Shown here: positions 1 through 7,726 of the stretch, piece by piece
Layout of the letters: every line of letters begins with the position of its first letter
Position numbering within the stretch: the first letter of the stretch is position 1
Source: Candidatus Bathyarchaeum sp.
GTDB taxonomy: Archaea; Thermoproteota; Bathyarchaeia; Bathyarchaeales; Bathyarchaeaceae
Direction: 5' to 3'
NCBI GenBank assembly: GCA_026014495.1
Contig: JAOZIF010000005.1
Location: 1 to 11,490 of the forward strand
Length of the DNA: 11,490 bases
The notes under the pieces: model-generated
Told to the model about the DNA's origin: nothing
The model's input: the letters and a program-made list of their open reading frames with translations, nothing else
The model's database searches: none
Translations under genes and position numbers: made by a program

Positions 1-1
1 A

Positions 2-778
2 ACACACATGTGTGTAATCACTCCTCAACGATACTCTAACTGTGGTTCAATCAGTTGGTTCGACGGCAGAGCATCTGCACAAGTCGACCCGAAAGGTCCA
101 GTTTTTGCTATAGACAAAGGAGAATTACTTGACGCAGAAAAAGGTGAATTCTCTGGAATCAATGAATCAATCAAACAAAAAACATTAGGTGCAGTTGACA
201 AAGTATGGATGTATACTGGTTTTGGTTATCCACACACTTCATGTGGATGCTTTGAGGCTATGGCTTTCTACATTCCAGAAGTAGAGGGCTACGGAATAGT
301 TGACCGCGGCTTCAAAGGCGTAACCGTAAACGGACTAGCATTCTCGACACTAGCAGACTCAGGCGCTGGAGGCAGACAAGTGGACGGCTTCCACGGAATA
401 GCTATCGAATATATGCGATCACCTAAATTCCTTCAAGCTGACGGAGGATGGGATCGCGTAGTTTGGATGCCTCAAAGCGTTAAGGATAGAGTCAAAGAAT
501 TCATGCCTGCAGAAGCTATTAACAACGTGGCAACAGAAAACGACGCAAAGACAGTTGATGAACTACAAGATTTCCTGAAAGAAAAGAATCATCCTGTTCT
601 TAAACGCTGGAAAGCAGAAGAACCTGAAGTAACTGAAACTGAAGGTGAAGCCCTAGAAACAACAGCATTTCCAGTTTCTACAGCAACTGTTAGCACTGGC
701 GGATTCAAGATAATCTTCAAGAATGCTAAAATCCACGCAGAGAAAGTAATCATTAAACGGGAAAAACCAAAAAGGTGA
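2..778 (+). CDS. cdhC: Acetyl-CoA decarbonylase/synthase (ACDS) beta subunit (acetyl-CoA synthase), C-terminal part; 5'-truncated by the window edge
   Basis: The frame is open from base 2 (T-H-M-C-V-I-T-P-Q-R), so the track's Met at 8 is internal. It has the ACS A-cluster motifs CGSISW, HTSCGCFE and GGGRQVDGFHG, KFLQADGGWDRVVWMP, and the archaeal C-terminal tail GGFKIIFKNAKIHAEKVIIK. Confidence 0.96.
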   Translation, partial: THMCVITPQRYSNCGSISWFDGRASAQVDPKGPVFAIDKGELLDAEKGEFSGINESIKQKTLGAVDKVWMYTGFGYPHTSCGCFEAMAFYIPEVEGYGIVDRGFKGVTVNGLAFSTLADSGAGGRQVDGFHGIAIEYMRSPKFLQADGGWDRVVWMPQSVKDRVKEFMPAEAINNVATENDAKTVDELQDFLKEKNHPVLKRWKAEEPEVTETEGEALETTAFPVSTATVSTGGFKIIFKNAKIHAEKVIIKREKPKR

Positions 779-784
779 AAGCCC

Positions 785-1990
785 ATGCCCGAGAGGGCGA
801 AAAAAAACTCTGACCTCGAACTTCCCCCCGAAATCTTAGACCTCCTTAAGGGTAACGATGAGCTTGAGCTCGAAGACGTTGACATGGTAGTTGACGAAAT
901 AGAGTTCTTGTATCAGGCAGGAGTTATGCCTGCCCTACAAAGGATGGTTGCCTCAAGAGCCAAGCCAACATCTCTTTTGGATGCTCCCTTCACTCTTCCA
1001 GTGCAGAAGTATCCTGGAGAAATCGTGGAAGTTACTCTTGGAGCTACAAAGAGCCAAGGCGGAAGCAGAGGAAAACCAATAGTTATTGGTGGAGAGAAAT
1101 CTCCATCTTTTTACACCTTTGAAAACCCAACACTCAACGCACCAGTAATCTCTCTTGACGTGTTCGACCAAAAAGTACCCATACCCAAAGCTGTGAAAAC
1201 CAACTTCAACGACGCAATCCAAGATCCAGTGTCGTGGGCAAAATTTGCAGTTGACAAGTTCGGAGCACAAATGATTACATTGCATCTGGTTAGTATTGAC
1301 CCACTAAACCCAAAGCCTTCTACACCCGCTGAAGCAGCAAAAACTGTTGAAGACGTACTTCAGGCAGTTGATGTGCCTCTTGTTGTAGGTGGATGTGGTG
1401 ACCCCAAGAAGGACTTGGAAGTCTTTGAAAAAGTAACTGCTGTAGCTGAGGGCGAACGCCTTCTCATAAGCACAGTTACTCTGGACATGGACATAGAAAA
1501 GTCAGCTAAGCTAATCAAGCAATATGGTCACGTTGCTTTGGCTTTCTCTCCAATGGATCTTAACCAAGCAAGAGAACTAAACAGACGCCTTCTTGAATAC
1601 TTGCCCAAAGAGCAAATCATAATGGACACAACAACAGCTGCGTTAGGCTACGGTCTTGATTACGCATACACCATCATGGAACGCGCAAGACTCGCAGGCT
1701 TAATGGGCGACCCAGAACTTCAGCAGCCAATGTCATCTGGAACAACCAATGCTTGGGCTGCAAGAGAAGCATGGCAAACAATGGACCCACAATGGGGCGA
1801 CAAGGCACTTCGTGGACCTTTATGGGAAACTGTTACTGGCTTAACTTTGTTGTTGGCTGGTGTTGACCTGTTTATGATGTTGCATCCTGCAGCAGTCAAA
1901 ACTATGCGTAACACTATCAAACGCTTGACAGATAAAAGAGGCGCCGCGGATGTTGCACAGATCGCTAACTGGGTATCAACGAAAATTTGA
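785..1990 (+). CDS. cdhD: ACDS delta subunit (corrinoid Fe-S protein small subunit)
   Basis: CdhD motifs EVTLGAT..GGSR...IVIGGE, LHLVSIDP, DVPLVVGGCGDPKKD, DTTTAALGYGLDY, SSGTTNAWAAREAW and GPLWE. SD-like GGTGA at 774-778 overlaps the cdhC stop. Position between cdhC and cdhE matches the usual operon order. Confidence 0.96.
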   Translation: MPERAKKNSDLELPPEILDLLKGNDELELEDVDMVVDEIEFLYQAGVMPALQRMVASRAKPTSLLDAPFTLPVQKYPGEIVEVTLGATKSQGGSRGKPIVIGGEKSPSFYTFENPTLNAPVISLDVFDQKVPIPKAVKTNFNDAIQDPVSWAKFAVDKFGAQMITLHLVSIDPLNPKPSTPAEAAKTVEDVLQAVDVPLVVGGCGDPKKDLEVFEKVTAVAEGERLLISTVTLDMDIEKSAKLIKQYGHVALAFSPMDLNQARELNRRLLEYLPKEQIIMDTTTAALGYGLDYAYTIMERARLAGLMGDPELQQPMSSGTTNAWAAREAWQTMDPQWGDKALRGPLWETVTGLTLLLAGVDLFMMLHPAAVKTMRNTIKRLTDKRGAADVAQIANWVSTKI

Positions 1991-2001
1991 GGATGAATGA
2001 C

Positions 2002-3423
2002 ATGTCAGGAAAAGAAACTAAAGGCGGAATAAAGCAACTTAGCCCAATCGACGTTTACATGCTACTTCCTAAAACAAACTGCAAAGAATGTGGAGAAGAC
2101 AACTGTATGGCGTTTGCCACAAAAGTGGTCAACCGTGAAGTCAGTGTAGACCAGTGCCCTTCTCTTTTGACTAAAGCAAATCAAAAGAACTACGCCAAAC
2201 TCAAAGAAATGCTCAAACCCGCAGTCAAAGAGGTAACTGTTGGAGTTGGCGACAGCGCAATTAATGTTGGCGGAAAGCTGGTTATGTATCGTCACGAATT
2301 CACATATACTAATCCGACAGCTATCGCCATCGATGTTACAGATGAAATGTCTGATGAAGAGCTTTTGAGTAGAGTGAAAAAGACCCAAGAGTTCACATAC
2401 CTGTATATTGGTAACGACCTAAAGTTGCAAATGATTGCTGTTCGTTCTACTTCAAACGATGCCGATAAATTCAAAGCCACAGTTAAGACCGTTGCAGAAA
2501 ACACAAATTTGCCCATGATTCTTTGTTCCATTGACCCAGCAATCATCGAAAGCGGTTTAATGGCAATTCCAAAAGCTCGACCTCTCATTTATGCTGCAAC
2601 TAAGGACAACTGGAAAGAGATGGCAGAACTGGCATTGATGTATAAATGTCCGTTAGTTGTTTCAGCGCCAAACGACATTTCTCTTCTAAAATCAATGGTA
2701 AAAACAATGAACGAATATGGCCTCGAAGACCTTGTGTTAGACCCCGGAACATTCACCAGTTCAGGTTTAGGAGATACAATCAACAACTTCACTATGATCC
2801 GTAGGGCAGCATGTACAATGGGCGATGAGCTACTAGGATATCCCACTATAGGAACTCCTATTACTGCTTGGACTGAATCCACAGGTTCTCCAACAGTGAA
2901 GGCATGGAACGAAGCCTACGTTGCATCTATGCTTGTAACTCGCTTCGCTGACCTTATGATTATGCACGGCACAGAAGGATGGGCGCTTTTGCCCCTAACA
3001 GTGCTAAGGCAAAACATTTACACCGACCCCAGAAAACCTGTTGCCGTCGAAGCTGGACTGCGAACCATTGGAACTCCTGATGAACACTCGCCAGTTTTAA
3101 TGACATCAAACTTTGCACTAACATACTACACTGTAGCACAAGACATCGAATCATCTGGTAATGCTGCATATCTTATAGTTGTTGACTCTGAAGGAACCGC
3201 CATAGACAGTGGAGTCGCAGGCAGAAAATTGACTGCAGAAACTGTTGCAGATGCCATCAAAGAGAGCAAACTGGAAGAAAAGGTAAACCATCGCAAACTG
3301 ATAATACCTGGCAAAGCGGCGCGGATCAGTGGAGAGATAGAAGAGCTATCTAACTGGCAGGTTCTTGTTGGACCGCGCGATTCTTCAGGAATAGCTAAAT
3401 TCCTGCAAGACACTTGGAAGTAG
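2002..3423 (+). CDS. cdhE: ACDS gamma subunit (corrinoid Fe-S protein large subunit)
   Basis: N-terminal [4Fe-4S] motif LPKTNCKECGEDNCMAFA..C, plus RQNIYTDPRKPVAVE, SPVLMTSNFALTYY and LIIPGKAARISGEIEE..W.VLVGPRDSS. The track starts at TTG 1987; ATG 1993 or ATG 2002 (after GAGGATGA) is more likely, so the start is uncertain. Confidence 0.96.
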   Translation: MSGKETKGGIKQLSPIDVYMLLPKTNCKECGEDNCMAFATKVVNREVSVDQCPSLLTKANQKNYAKLKEMLKPAVKEVTVGVGDSAINVGGKLVMYRHEFTYTNPTAIAIDVTDEMSDEELLSRVKKTQEFTYLYIGNDLKLQMIAVRSTSNDADKFKATVKTVAENTNLPMILCSIDPAIIESGLMAIPKARPLIYAATKDNWKEMAELALMYKCPLVVSAPNDISLLKSMVKTMNEYGLEDLVLDPGTFTSSGLGDTINNFTMIRRAACTMGDELLGYPTIGTPITAWTESTGSPTVKAWNEAYVASMLVTRFADLMIMHGTEGWALLPLTVLRQNIYTDPRKPVAVEAGLRTIGTPDEHSPVLMTSNFALTYYTVAQDIESSGNAAYLIVVDSEGTAIDSGVAGRKLTAETVADAIKESKLEEKVNHRKLIIPGKAARISGEIEELSNWQVLVGPRDSSGIAKFLQDTWK

Positions 3424-3460
3424 CTTTAGCTACTTTCTTCTTTGTTTCTTTTTTGTTTAT
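3416..3460 (+). terminator. Hairpin plus U-rich tract ending the cdh operon
   Basis: Stem AAGTAGC (3418-3424), loop TTTA, GCTACTT (3429-3435), extendable by a G-U and a G-C pair. It is followed by TTCTTTGTTTCTTTTTTG. Confidence 0.6.
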
Positions 3461-3537
3461 TTTTATTATTTGCATTTGTTGAAAGTGTTTACGGTACATG
3501 TTTTTTTGTGTATAACAACATTTATGAGGTATTTTTC

Positions 3538-3553
3538 CAGAACCCTTTAAATA
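3538..3553 (+). promoter_or_regulatory. BRE/TATA promoter of tbp
   Basis: CAGAACCC followed by TTTAAATA (3546-3553), about 40 nt upstream of ATG 3593. Matches the archaeal TATA consensus. Confidence 0.65.
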
Positions 3554-3592
3554 CGCCAATAAAAGTCATGATTGGTATAAGGCGGATTAAAC

Positions 3593-4153
3593 ATGCCTAA
3601 GCTTGAAGATTCCATCCGAATCGAAAATGTAGTGTCGTCTGCCACGTTAAATCAGAAGATTGACCTGAACGCTGTTGTTAAGGGTAACCCATTAGTTGAG
3701 TATCGCCCAGAAAAGTTTCCAGGATTAGTTTTCAGATTAAAAAAACCTAAGACTGCCATTCTTATCTTCAGTACTGGCAAGATGGTCTGTACTGGAGCCA
3801 AGTCCGAGAATGAATCCAAAAAAGCTGTTCTGAAAGTTGTACGAGAACTAAAGAAAAGCGGGATAATCATAACTGGCAAACCCGAAATTAGAGTAGTTAA
3901 CATTGTTGCGTCAGCGAATCTTTTGGGCCGAATAGAACTGGAAGATTGTGCATACTCTCTTGGGAAAACTATGTATGAGCCTGAACAGTTTCCGGGCCTC
4001 ATCTACCGAATGGATGAACCAAAAGTTGTAATCCTTCTGTTTGCAAGCGGAAAACTTGTTTGTACAGGCGCCACAAAGGAAGAAGACGTTTATCTAGCTG
4101 TTGACAAACTTCACAAAGACCTTGAAGAAAAAGATTTAATATACTACGACTAA
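3593..4153 (+). CDS. tbp: TATA-box-binding protein
   Basis: Two direct TBP repeats: NVVSSATL..YRPEKFPGLVFRLKKPKTAILIFSTGKMVCTGAKS and NIVASANL..YEPEQFPGLIYRMDEPKVVILLFASGKLVCTGATKE. No acidic C-terminal tail. Confidence 0.98.
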   Translation: MPKLEDSIRIENVVSSATLNQKIDLNAVVKGNPLVEYRPEKFPGLVFRLKKPKTAILIFSTGKMVCTGAKSENESKKAVLKVVRELKKSGIIITGKPEIRVVNIVASANLLGRIELEDCAYSLGKTMYEPEQFPGLIYRMDEPKVVILLFASGKLVCTGATKEEDVYLAVDKLHKDLEEKDLIYYD

Positions 4154-4181
4154 CCGTGAAACGGTCTCGTTAATGGCGCTA

Positions 4182-4200
4182 TTTTTTCATCCCCTTTTTT
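4182..4200 (+). terminator. Oligo-T terminator candidate for tbp
   Basis: Two T6 runs (4182-4187 and 4195-4200), starting about 30 nt after the stop codon. Confidence 0.45.
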
Positions 4201-4295
4201 AGGCAATTCATTTTGTTTCTACTAAGCAGTACACCTGCTTGTGTTCTGTGTGGTTGTTTTATATTTTGTAGTGCTATTTAGCATGTTGTGAAATG

Positions 4296-4315
4296 AAAAA
4301 AAGAATATAAAAAAA
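4296..4315 (-). terminator. Oligo-T terminator candidate for the CxxC-x17-CxxC gene
   Basis: Two A7 runs on the plus strand (4296-4302 and 4309-4315) read as U7 tracts on the minus strand, about 35-50 nt past the stop at 4349. Confidence 0.45.
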
Positions 4316-4348
4316 TTGAATCTCAAAAATAGATGTTAGCTGATAGGC

Positions 4349-4501
4349 TTAATACCTATTTCTTCTCGGGGGTCTTCGTTTAGCATAACACTCTCTGCAG
4401 TATACAGGTCTGCTCGGGTCGGGCTTGAACGGAACTTGACATTTTTGTCCGCATTCAGCACAAACGGCATCGTGCATTTCGCGTGGTCCACCATAAGACA
4501 T
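4349..4501 (-). CDS. CxxC-x17-CxxC domain small protein (putative Zn-binding), 50 aa; not in the ORF track
   Basis: Hand translation: MSYGGPREMHDAVCAECGQKCQVPFKPDPSRPVYCRECYAKRRPPRRNRY*. It shows C14xxC17-x17-C35xxC38 with the family signature REMH.AVC..CG....VPFKP...RPVYC.EC. A strong SD, AGGAGGTG (4517-4510), lies 8 nt before the ATG. Confidence 0.92.
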   Translation of the reverse strand: MSYGGPREMHDAVCAECGQKCQVPFKPDPSRPVYCRECYAKRRPPRRNRY

Positions 4502-4532
4502 TCGGATTGCACCTCCTATTCATTAAGAGAAT

Positions 4533-4550
4533 TAGTTTTGTCTGACACTA
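4533..4550 (-). promoter_or_regulatory. Putative operator, copy 3 (TAGT-N10-ACTA, degenerate)
   Basis: TAGTTTTGTCTGACACTA. The 19-mer 4531-4549 is 12/19 identical to the copy at 8247-8265, with 6 of the 7 differences being transitions. It lies between the TATA box and the SD. Confidence 0.3.
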
Positions 4551-4565
4551 ACTCGGAAATCATTA

Positions 4566-4585
4566 CCTTTAAAGTTACTTATAAA
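4566..4585 (-). promoter_or_regulatory. Tandem TATA-like boxes upstream of the CxxC-x17-CxxC gene
   Basis: The minus strand reads TTTATAAG (4585-4578) and then TTTAAAGG (4573-4566). Which box is used cannot be determined from sequence. Confidence 0.5.
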
Positions 4586-4815
4586 CTTGTGTATAACCCA
4601 ATTGAAATTATCTTCAAAAAAACATGTCTACACTCGTATCTTGAGCGAAAGTTGTTTCACTAAAAAAATTGCTAATCGTCAAAAGCTGTTGTTCACCGCT
4701 TCAATGTGTCTAGTCAGCAATGATTAAACTGATTATACAATCTAAAAAACAACAAAAAATACAACATTCTCTAAACAACAAGGGGCTCCCTTAAACAACG
4801 AATATGAGACAAATG

Positions 4816-4824
4816 TTAAATATA
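4816..4824 (+). promoter_or_regulatory. TATA candidate for the surface-protein gene
   Basis: TTAAATATA about 47 nt before ATG 4871, with SD-like GGAG at 4857-4860. Confidence 0.5.
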
Positions 4825-4870
4825 CTTTGCTTTATACCGTTTCATCGCATTAAAATGGAGAAAAACAAAA

Positions 4871-7507
4871 ATGGAAACAAAAGAAAACAAAAAAATAGCT
4901 ACTACAGTTGCTTTAATTCTACTGTTGACAATTACTGCAACACTCATTACTTTACCCATTGTTAGCGCACATGACCCTACGTGGACTATCGTTTCTTATG
5001 CTTACATCGTTCCTGCACCTAATCCTGTTGGTGTCGACCAAAACGTGATAATTGTCATGTGGGTTGACACACCACTGCCAAGCGCATCTGTAAATAATAA
5101 CATCAGACGTCACGACTACTATCTCACAATCATGAAGCCTGACGGCACAAATGAAACGATGCACTGGCCAGTTGTTTCTGACACCACAAGTATACAGTAT
5201 GTTTCATATACGCCTACTCAAGTAGGAACATACACTCTATTGTTCGAGTATCCTGAACAAGTATACGAATGGAGTGGTACATATGCAAACGATGTTTTCA
5301 CAGCAGCCAGCAAAACAGCAACACTAATTGTCCAAGAAGACCCACTACCTCTAGCCGTATCCAGCTATCCACTTCCAACAGAATACTGGACTCGTCCAAT
5401 AGAAGGACAGAACACAGACTGGTGGGCGATTTCATCAAACTGGTTAGGTAAGAACTCACCTCAGATTCGTACCGGCGAAACCGCTACCGGTGGAGCTGGT
5501 TATGGTCAGTTCCAACCAGAAGGGCCAGCACCTGAAACATCACACGTTATGTGGTCACAGTCAATTCAGGACGGAGGAGTTGTTGGAGGCAGCGGATTTC
5601 ACGTAGAAGGAACCACCTACTACATGGGCGGTTCATACAACGTCAGATTTGGCAATCCAATAATCATGTACGGAAGACTCTACTACGAACTACCCTATGG
5701 TAACTCAGGCGGCGGAGGAGGATGGATGTGCGTTGATTTGCGTACTGGAGAAGAAGTCTGGTACAATGAAGAACTAGGTGTTTCACTTCCTGAGCCATCA
5801 TTTGGTTACCTATATGACTACGACATGTACAACCAACACGGAATCATTCCAGAAGGCTGGCTGATTTCAGAAAGCGGTGGACGTGGAAGTCCAGTAGTAT
5901 GGAACTTCATTGACCCAAGCACAGGAAAAGTTGCAGACCTAGTTGTAGAAAATGTCCCTGACGGAACAGACGTTGCAGGTCCAAATGGAGAAATCCTAAC
6001 AATCGTAGTTGACTCAGAAAACAAATGGGTTGCACAGTGGAACTGCTCTAGAGCCATTGATGTTCGGACTTCAGGAACAATAGACGCAAGCGCAGCAAGC
6101 TACTATGACTGGAACGTGTCAATTTCAGACCTTGGTCCAGGATCATGGACACTCTGGAGAGAAGTTAGCTTTGATGATATTATGCTTCTCACTCAAGGAG
6201 GATTTGGAACACACGTCGGCGTTTACGGCGCTAGCATAAGCAGTCTAGGAGCAAACGTTACTGCAGTAAGTCTAGCTCCAGAATCGCGCGGAGAGGTACT
6301 TTGGATGGAACACTATGATGTGGCGCCAAACAACGTTAGCCGAGAGATTACAGCATGGGATCCAGAGATCGGCATCTTCATCTTTGAAGATAAAGAAACC
6401 ATGGTTCGTTATGGCTATAGCCTAGAAGACGGAAGCATGGTATGGGGTCCAACTGAGCCCTCACACGACTATGATACCCTTCGAACATCAACAATAGCTG
6501 CTTATGGAAACCTCTACTGTGCTGGCTTTGGTGCAATACTTTACTGCTATGATATTGCGACTGGAGAATTGGAATGGACCTACGGTAATGGCGGTGTAGG
6601 GAACAGCACTAATGCTGGTCTTGGAACTGCGTATGGTACCTATCCTATCTTCGTAGACGTTGTTGCTGACGGAAAAGTCTACTTGGCTACCACTGAGCAC
6701 TCTCCTGGTTCGCCTTTCTATAAGGGTTCACAGTTCCGTTGTGTCGATGCTTATACTGGCGAGGAAATATGGACTATGCTCGGATGGGGCACAGGAATGT
6801 ACGCAAGTTTTGACGCTGTTGCAGATGGCTTCTTTGCGTTCCTTAATTGCTATGACATGAAAGTGTATTCTGTCGGCAAGGGACCAAGCTCAACTACAGT
6901 CACAGCATCACCAAAAATTATTGATGATGGAGACAACGTTTTGATCGAAGGCACAGTTCTTGATATTGCTACTGGCACAACACAAGATGAGCAGATAGCA
7001 CGGTTCCCAAGTGGAGTTCCAGCTGTATCTGATGAAAGCATGAGCGGTTGGATGGAGTATGTGTATATGCAAAAGCCAATGCCCGACGACGTAAAAGGAG
7101 TTACAGTAACATTAACAGCTATTGACCCCAACGGCAACTACCAAGACATAGGTAAAGTTACAACAGACATAAATGGCAACTTCGCTACTGTGTGGCAACC
7201 ACCAGTTCCAGGAGAATACCAAATTACTGCAACTTTTGAAGGATCAGAAGCCTACTGGCCTTCAGATGCAACAACCTACATTGGTGTATCAGAAGCTACA
7301 TCAACTGCGACACCAATAGAGCCAGAAGAACCAGTAACTGAAGAGCCCGTAACAGAAGAACCTGTTACTGAAGAGCCCGTAACAGAACCCGAAGAAACAG
7401 CAACCGAAACAGCACTCATCAGCACAGAAACTCTAATCATTGCAGCAATTGTCATCGCAGCAATCATCGGCGCAGTTAGCATATTTGTGCTAAGAAAACG
7501 AAAATAA
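4871..7507 (+). CDS. Secreted, C-terminally membrane-anchored PQQ-like beta-propeller repeat protein with flanking Ig-like domains (cell-surface protein)
   Basis: Signal peptide METKENKK-hydrophobic-VSA|HDP. Trp-docking propeller repeats: CVDLRTGEEVW, GYSLEDGSMVW, CYDIATGELEW, CVDAYTGEEIW. Ig-like segments near both ends, an acidic Pro/Thr linker, and a TM helix LIIAAIVIAAIIGAVSIFVL followed by RKRK. Confidence 0.88.
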   Translation: METKENKKIATTVALILLLTITATLITLPIVSAHDPTWTIVSYAYIVPAPNPVGVDQNVIIVMWVDTPLPSASVNNNIRRHDYYLTIMKPDGTNETMHWPVVSDTTSIQYVSYTPTQVGTYTLLFEYPEQVYEWSGTYANDVFTAASKTATLIVQEDPLPLAVSSYPLPTEYWTRPIEGQNTDWWAISSNWLGKNSPQIRTGETATGGAGYGQFQPEGPAPETSHVMWSQSIQDGGVVGGSGFHVEGTTYYMGGSYNVRFGNPIIMYGRLYYELPYGNSGGGGGWMCVDLRTGEEVWYNEELGVSLPEPSFGYLYDYDMYNQHGIIPEGWLISESGGRGSPVVWNFIDPSTGKVADLVVENVPDGTDVAGPNGEILTIVVDSENKWVAQWNCSRAIDVRTSGTIDASAASYYDWNVSISDLGPGSWTLWREVSFDDIMLLTQGGFGTHVGVYGASISSLGANVTAVSLAPESRGEVLWMEHYDVAPNNVSREITAWDPEIGIFIFEDKETMVRYGYSLEDGSMVWGPTEPSHDYDTLRTSTIAAYGNLYCAGFGAILYCYDIATGELEWTYGNGGVGNSTNAGLGTAYGTYPIFVDVVADGKVYLATTEHSPGSPFYKGSQFRCVDAYTGEEIWTMLGWGTGMYASFDAVADGFFAFLNCYDMKVYSVGKGPSSTTVTASPKIIDDGDNVLIEGTVLDIATGTTQDEQIARFPSGVPAVSDESMSGWMEYVYMQKPMPDDVKGVTVTLTAIDPNGNYQDIGKVTTDINGNFATVWQPPVPGEYQITATFEGSEAYWPSDATTYIGVSEATSTATPIEPEEPVTEEPVTEEPVTEEPVTEPEETATETALISTETLIIAAIVIAAIIGAVSIFVLRKRK
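7325..7384 (+). repeat. Coding tandem repeat, 4 x 15 bp (EEPVT)x4, arranged as 2 x 30 bp
   Basis: gaagaaccagtaact / gaagagcccgtaaca / gaagaacctgttact / gaagagcccgtaaca. Units 2 and 4 are identical; units 1 and 3 differ at 2 positions. Confidence 0.95.
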
Positions 7508-7513
7508 ACCAAA

Positions 7514-7544
7514 TTTTCCCTCCCTTCTTTTTTTGGGAGTAAAA
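7514..7544 (+). terminator. Terminator candidate after the surface-protein gene
   Basis: Pyrimidine run TTTTCCCTCCCTTCTTTTTTT, which could also fold as CTCCC (7520-7524) / GGGAG (7535-7539). Confidence 0.5.
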
Positions 7545-7726
7545 CTTCAAAAAGGGGCTGAATAGGTTCCAGCACTGAAATGAAACTATCTAGATCTAAT
7601 AGTAGTGGCTGTGAAGTTTCTTTTTTCCTCTTATTGGTTGTGTGGGAGCCTCGGCAAACCCCATTTTTTCTTTAGGGTTCCTTATTCAAGCAATAACGTG
7701 CATGCAGAATTGTATTAAAACATTAC

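Noticed and set aside
779-784. No cooC/acsF maturation gene between cdhC and cdhD
   Set aside because: Its position varies among archaeal cdh operons and it could lie outside this window.
589-3413. Minus-strand ORFs within the cdh genes (589-885, 953-1285, 1720-1920, 2062-2388, 2292-2588, 2589-2882, 2960-3169, 3126-3413)
   Set aside because: They are antisense shadows of strongly supported genes, with no recognisable motifs.
3766-3776. TTCAGTACT inside tbp matches the operator core
   Set aside because: It encodes the conserved IFSTG motif, and the TAGT half is missing.
3652-4002. 116-aa minus-strand ORF within tbp
   Set aside because: Antisense shadow of tbp.
4436-4663. 75-aa plus-strand ORF
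   Set aside because: It overlaps the real minus-strand CxxC-x17-CxxC gene and its promoter, and has no SD or motif.
4855-4886. Out-of-frame upstream ATG in an A-rich, duplicated-looking start (ATGGAGAAAAACAAAA ATGGAAACAAAA), suggesting phase variation
   Set aside because: The downstream ATG stays intact whatever the A-run length, and the upstream GGAG is adequately explained as the SD.
4952-7575. Short alternative-frame or antisense ORFs in the surface-protein gene, including 7276-7575 with (SSVTG) repeats
   Set aside because: Shadows; the repeat is simply the reverse complement of the EEPVT repeat.
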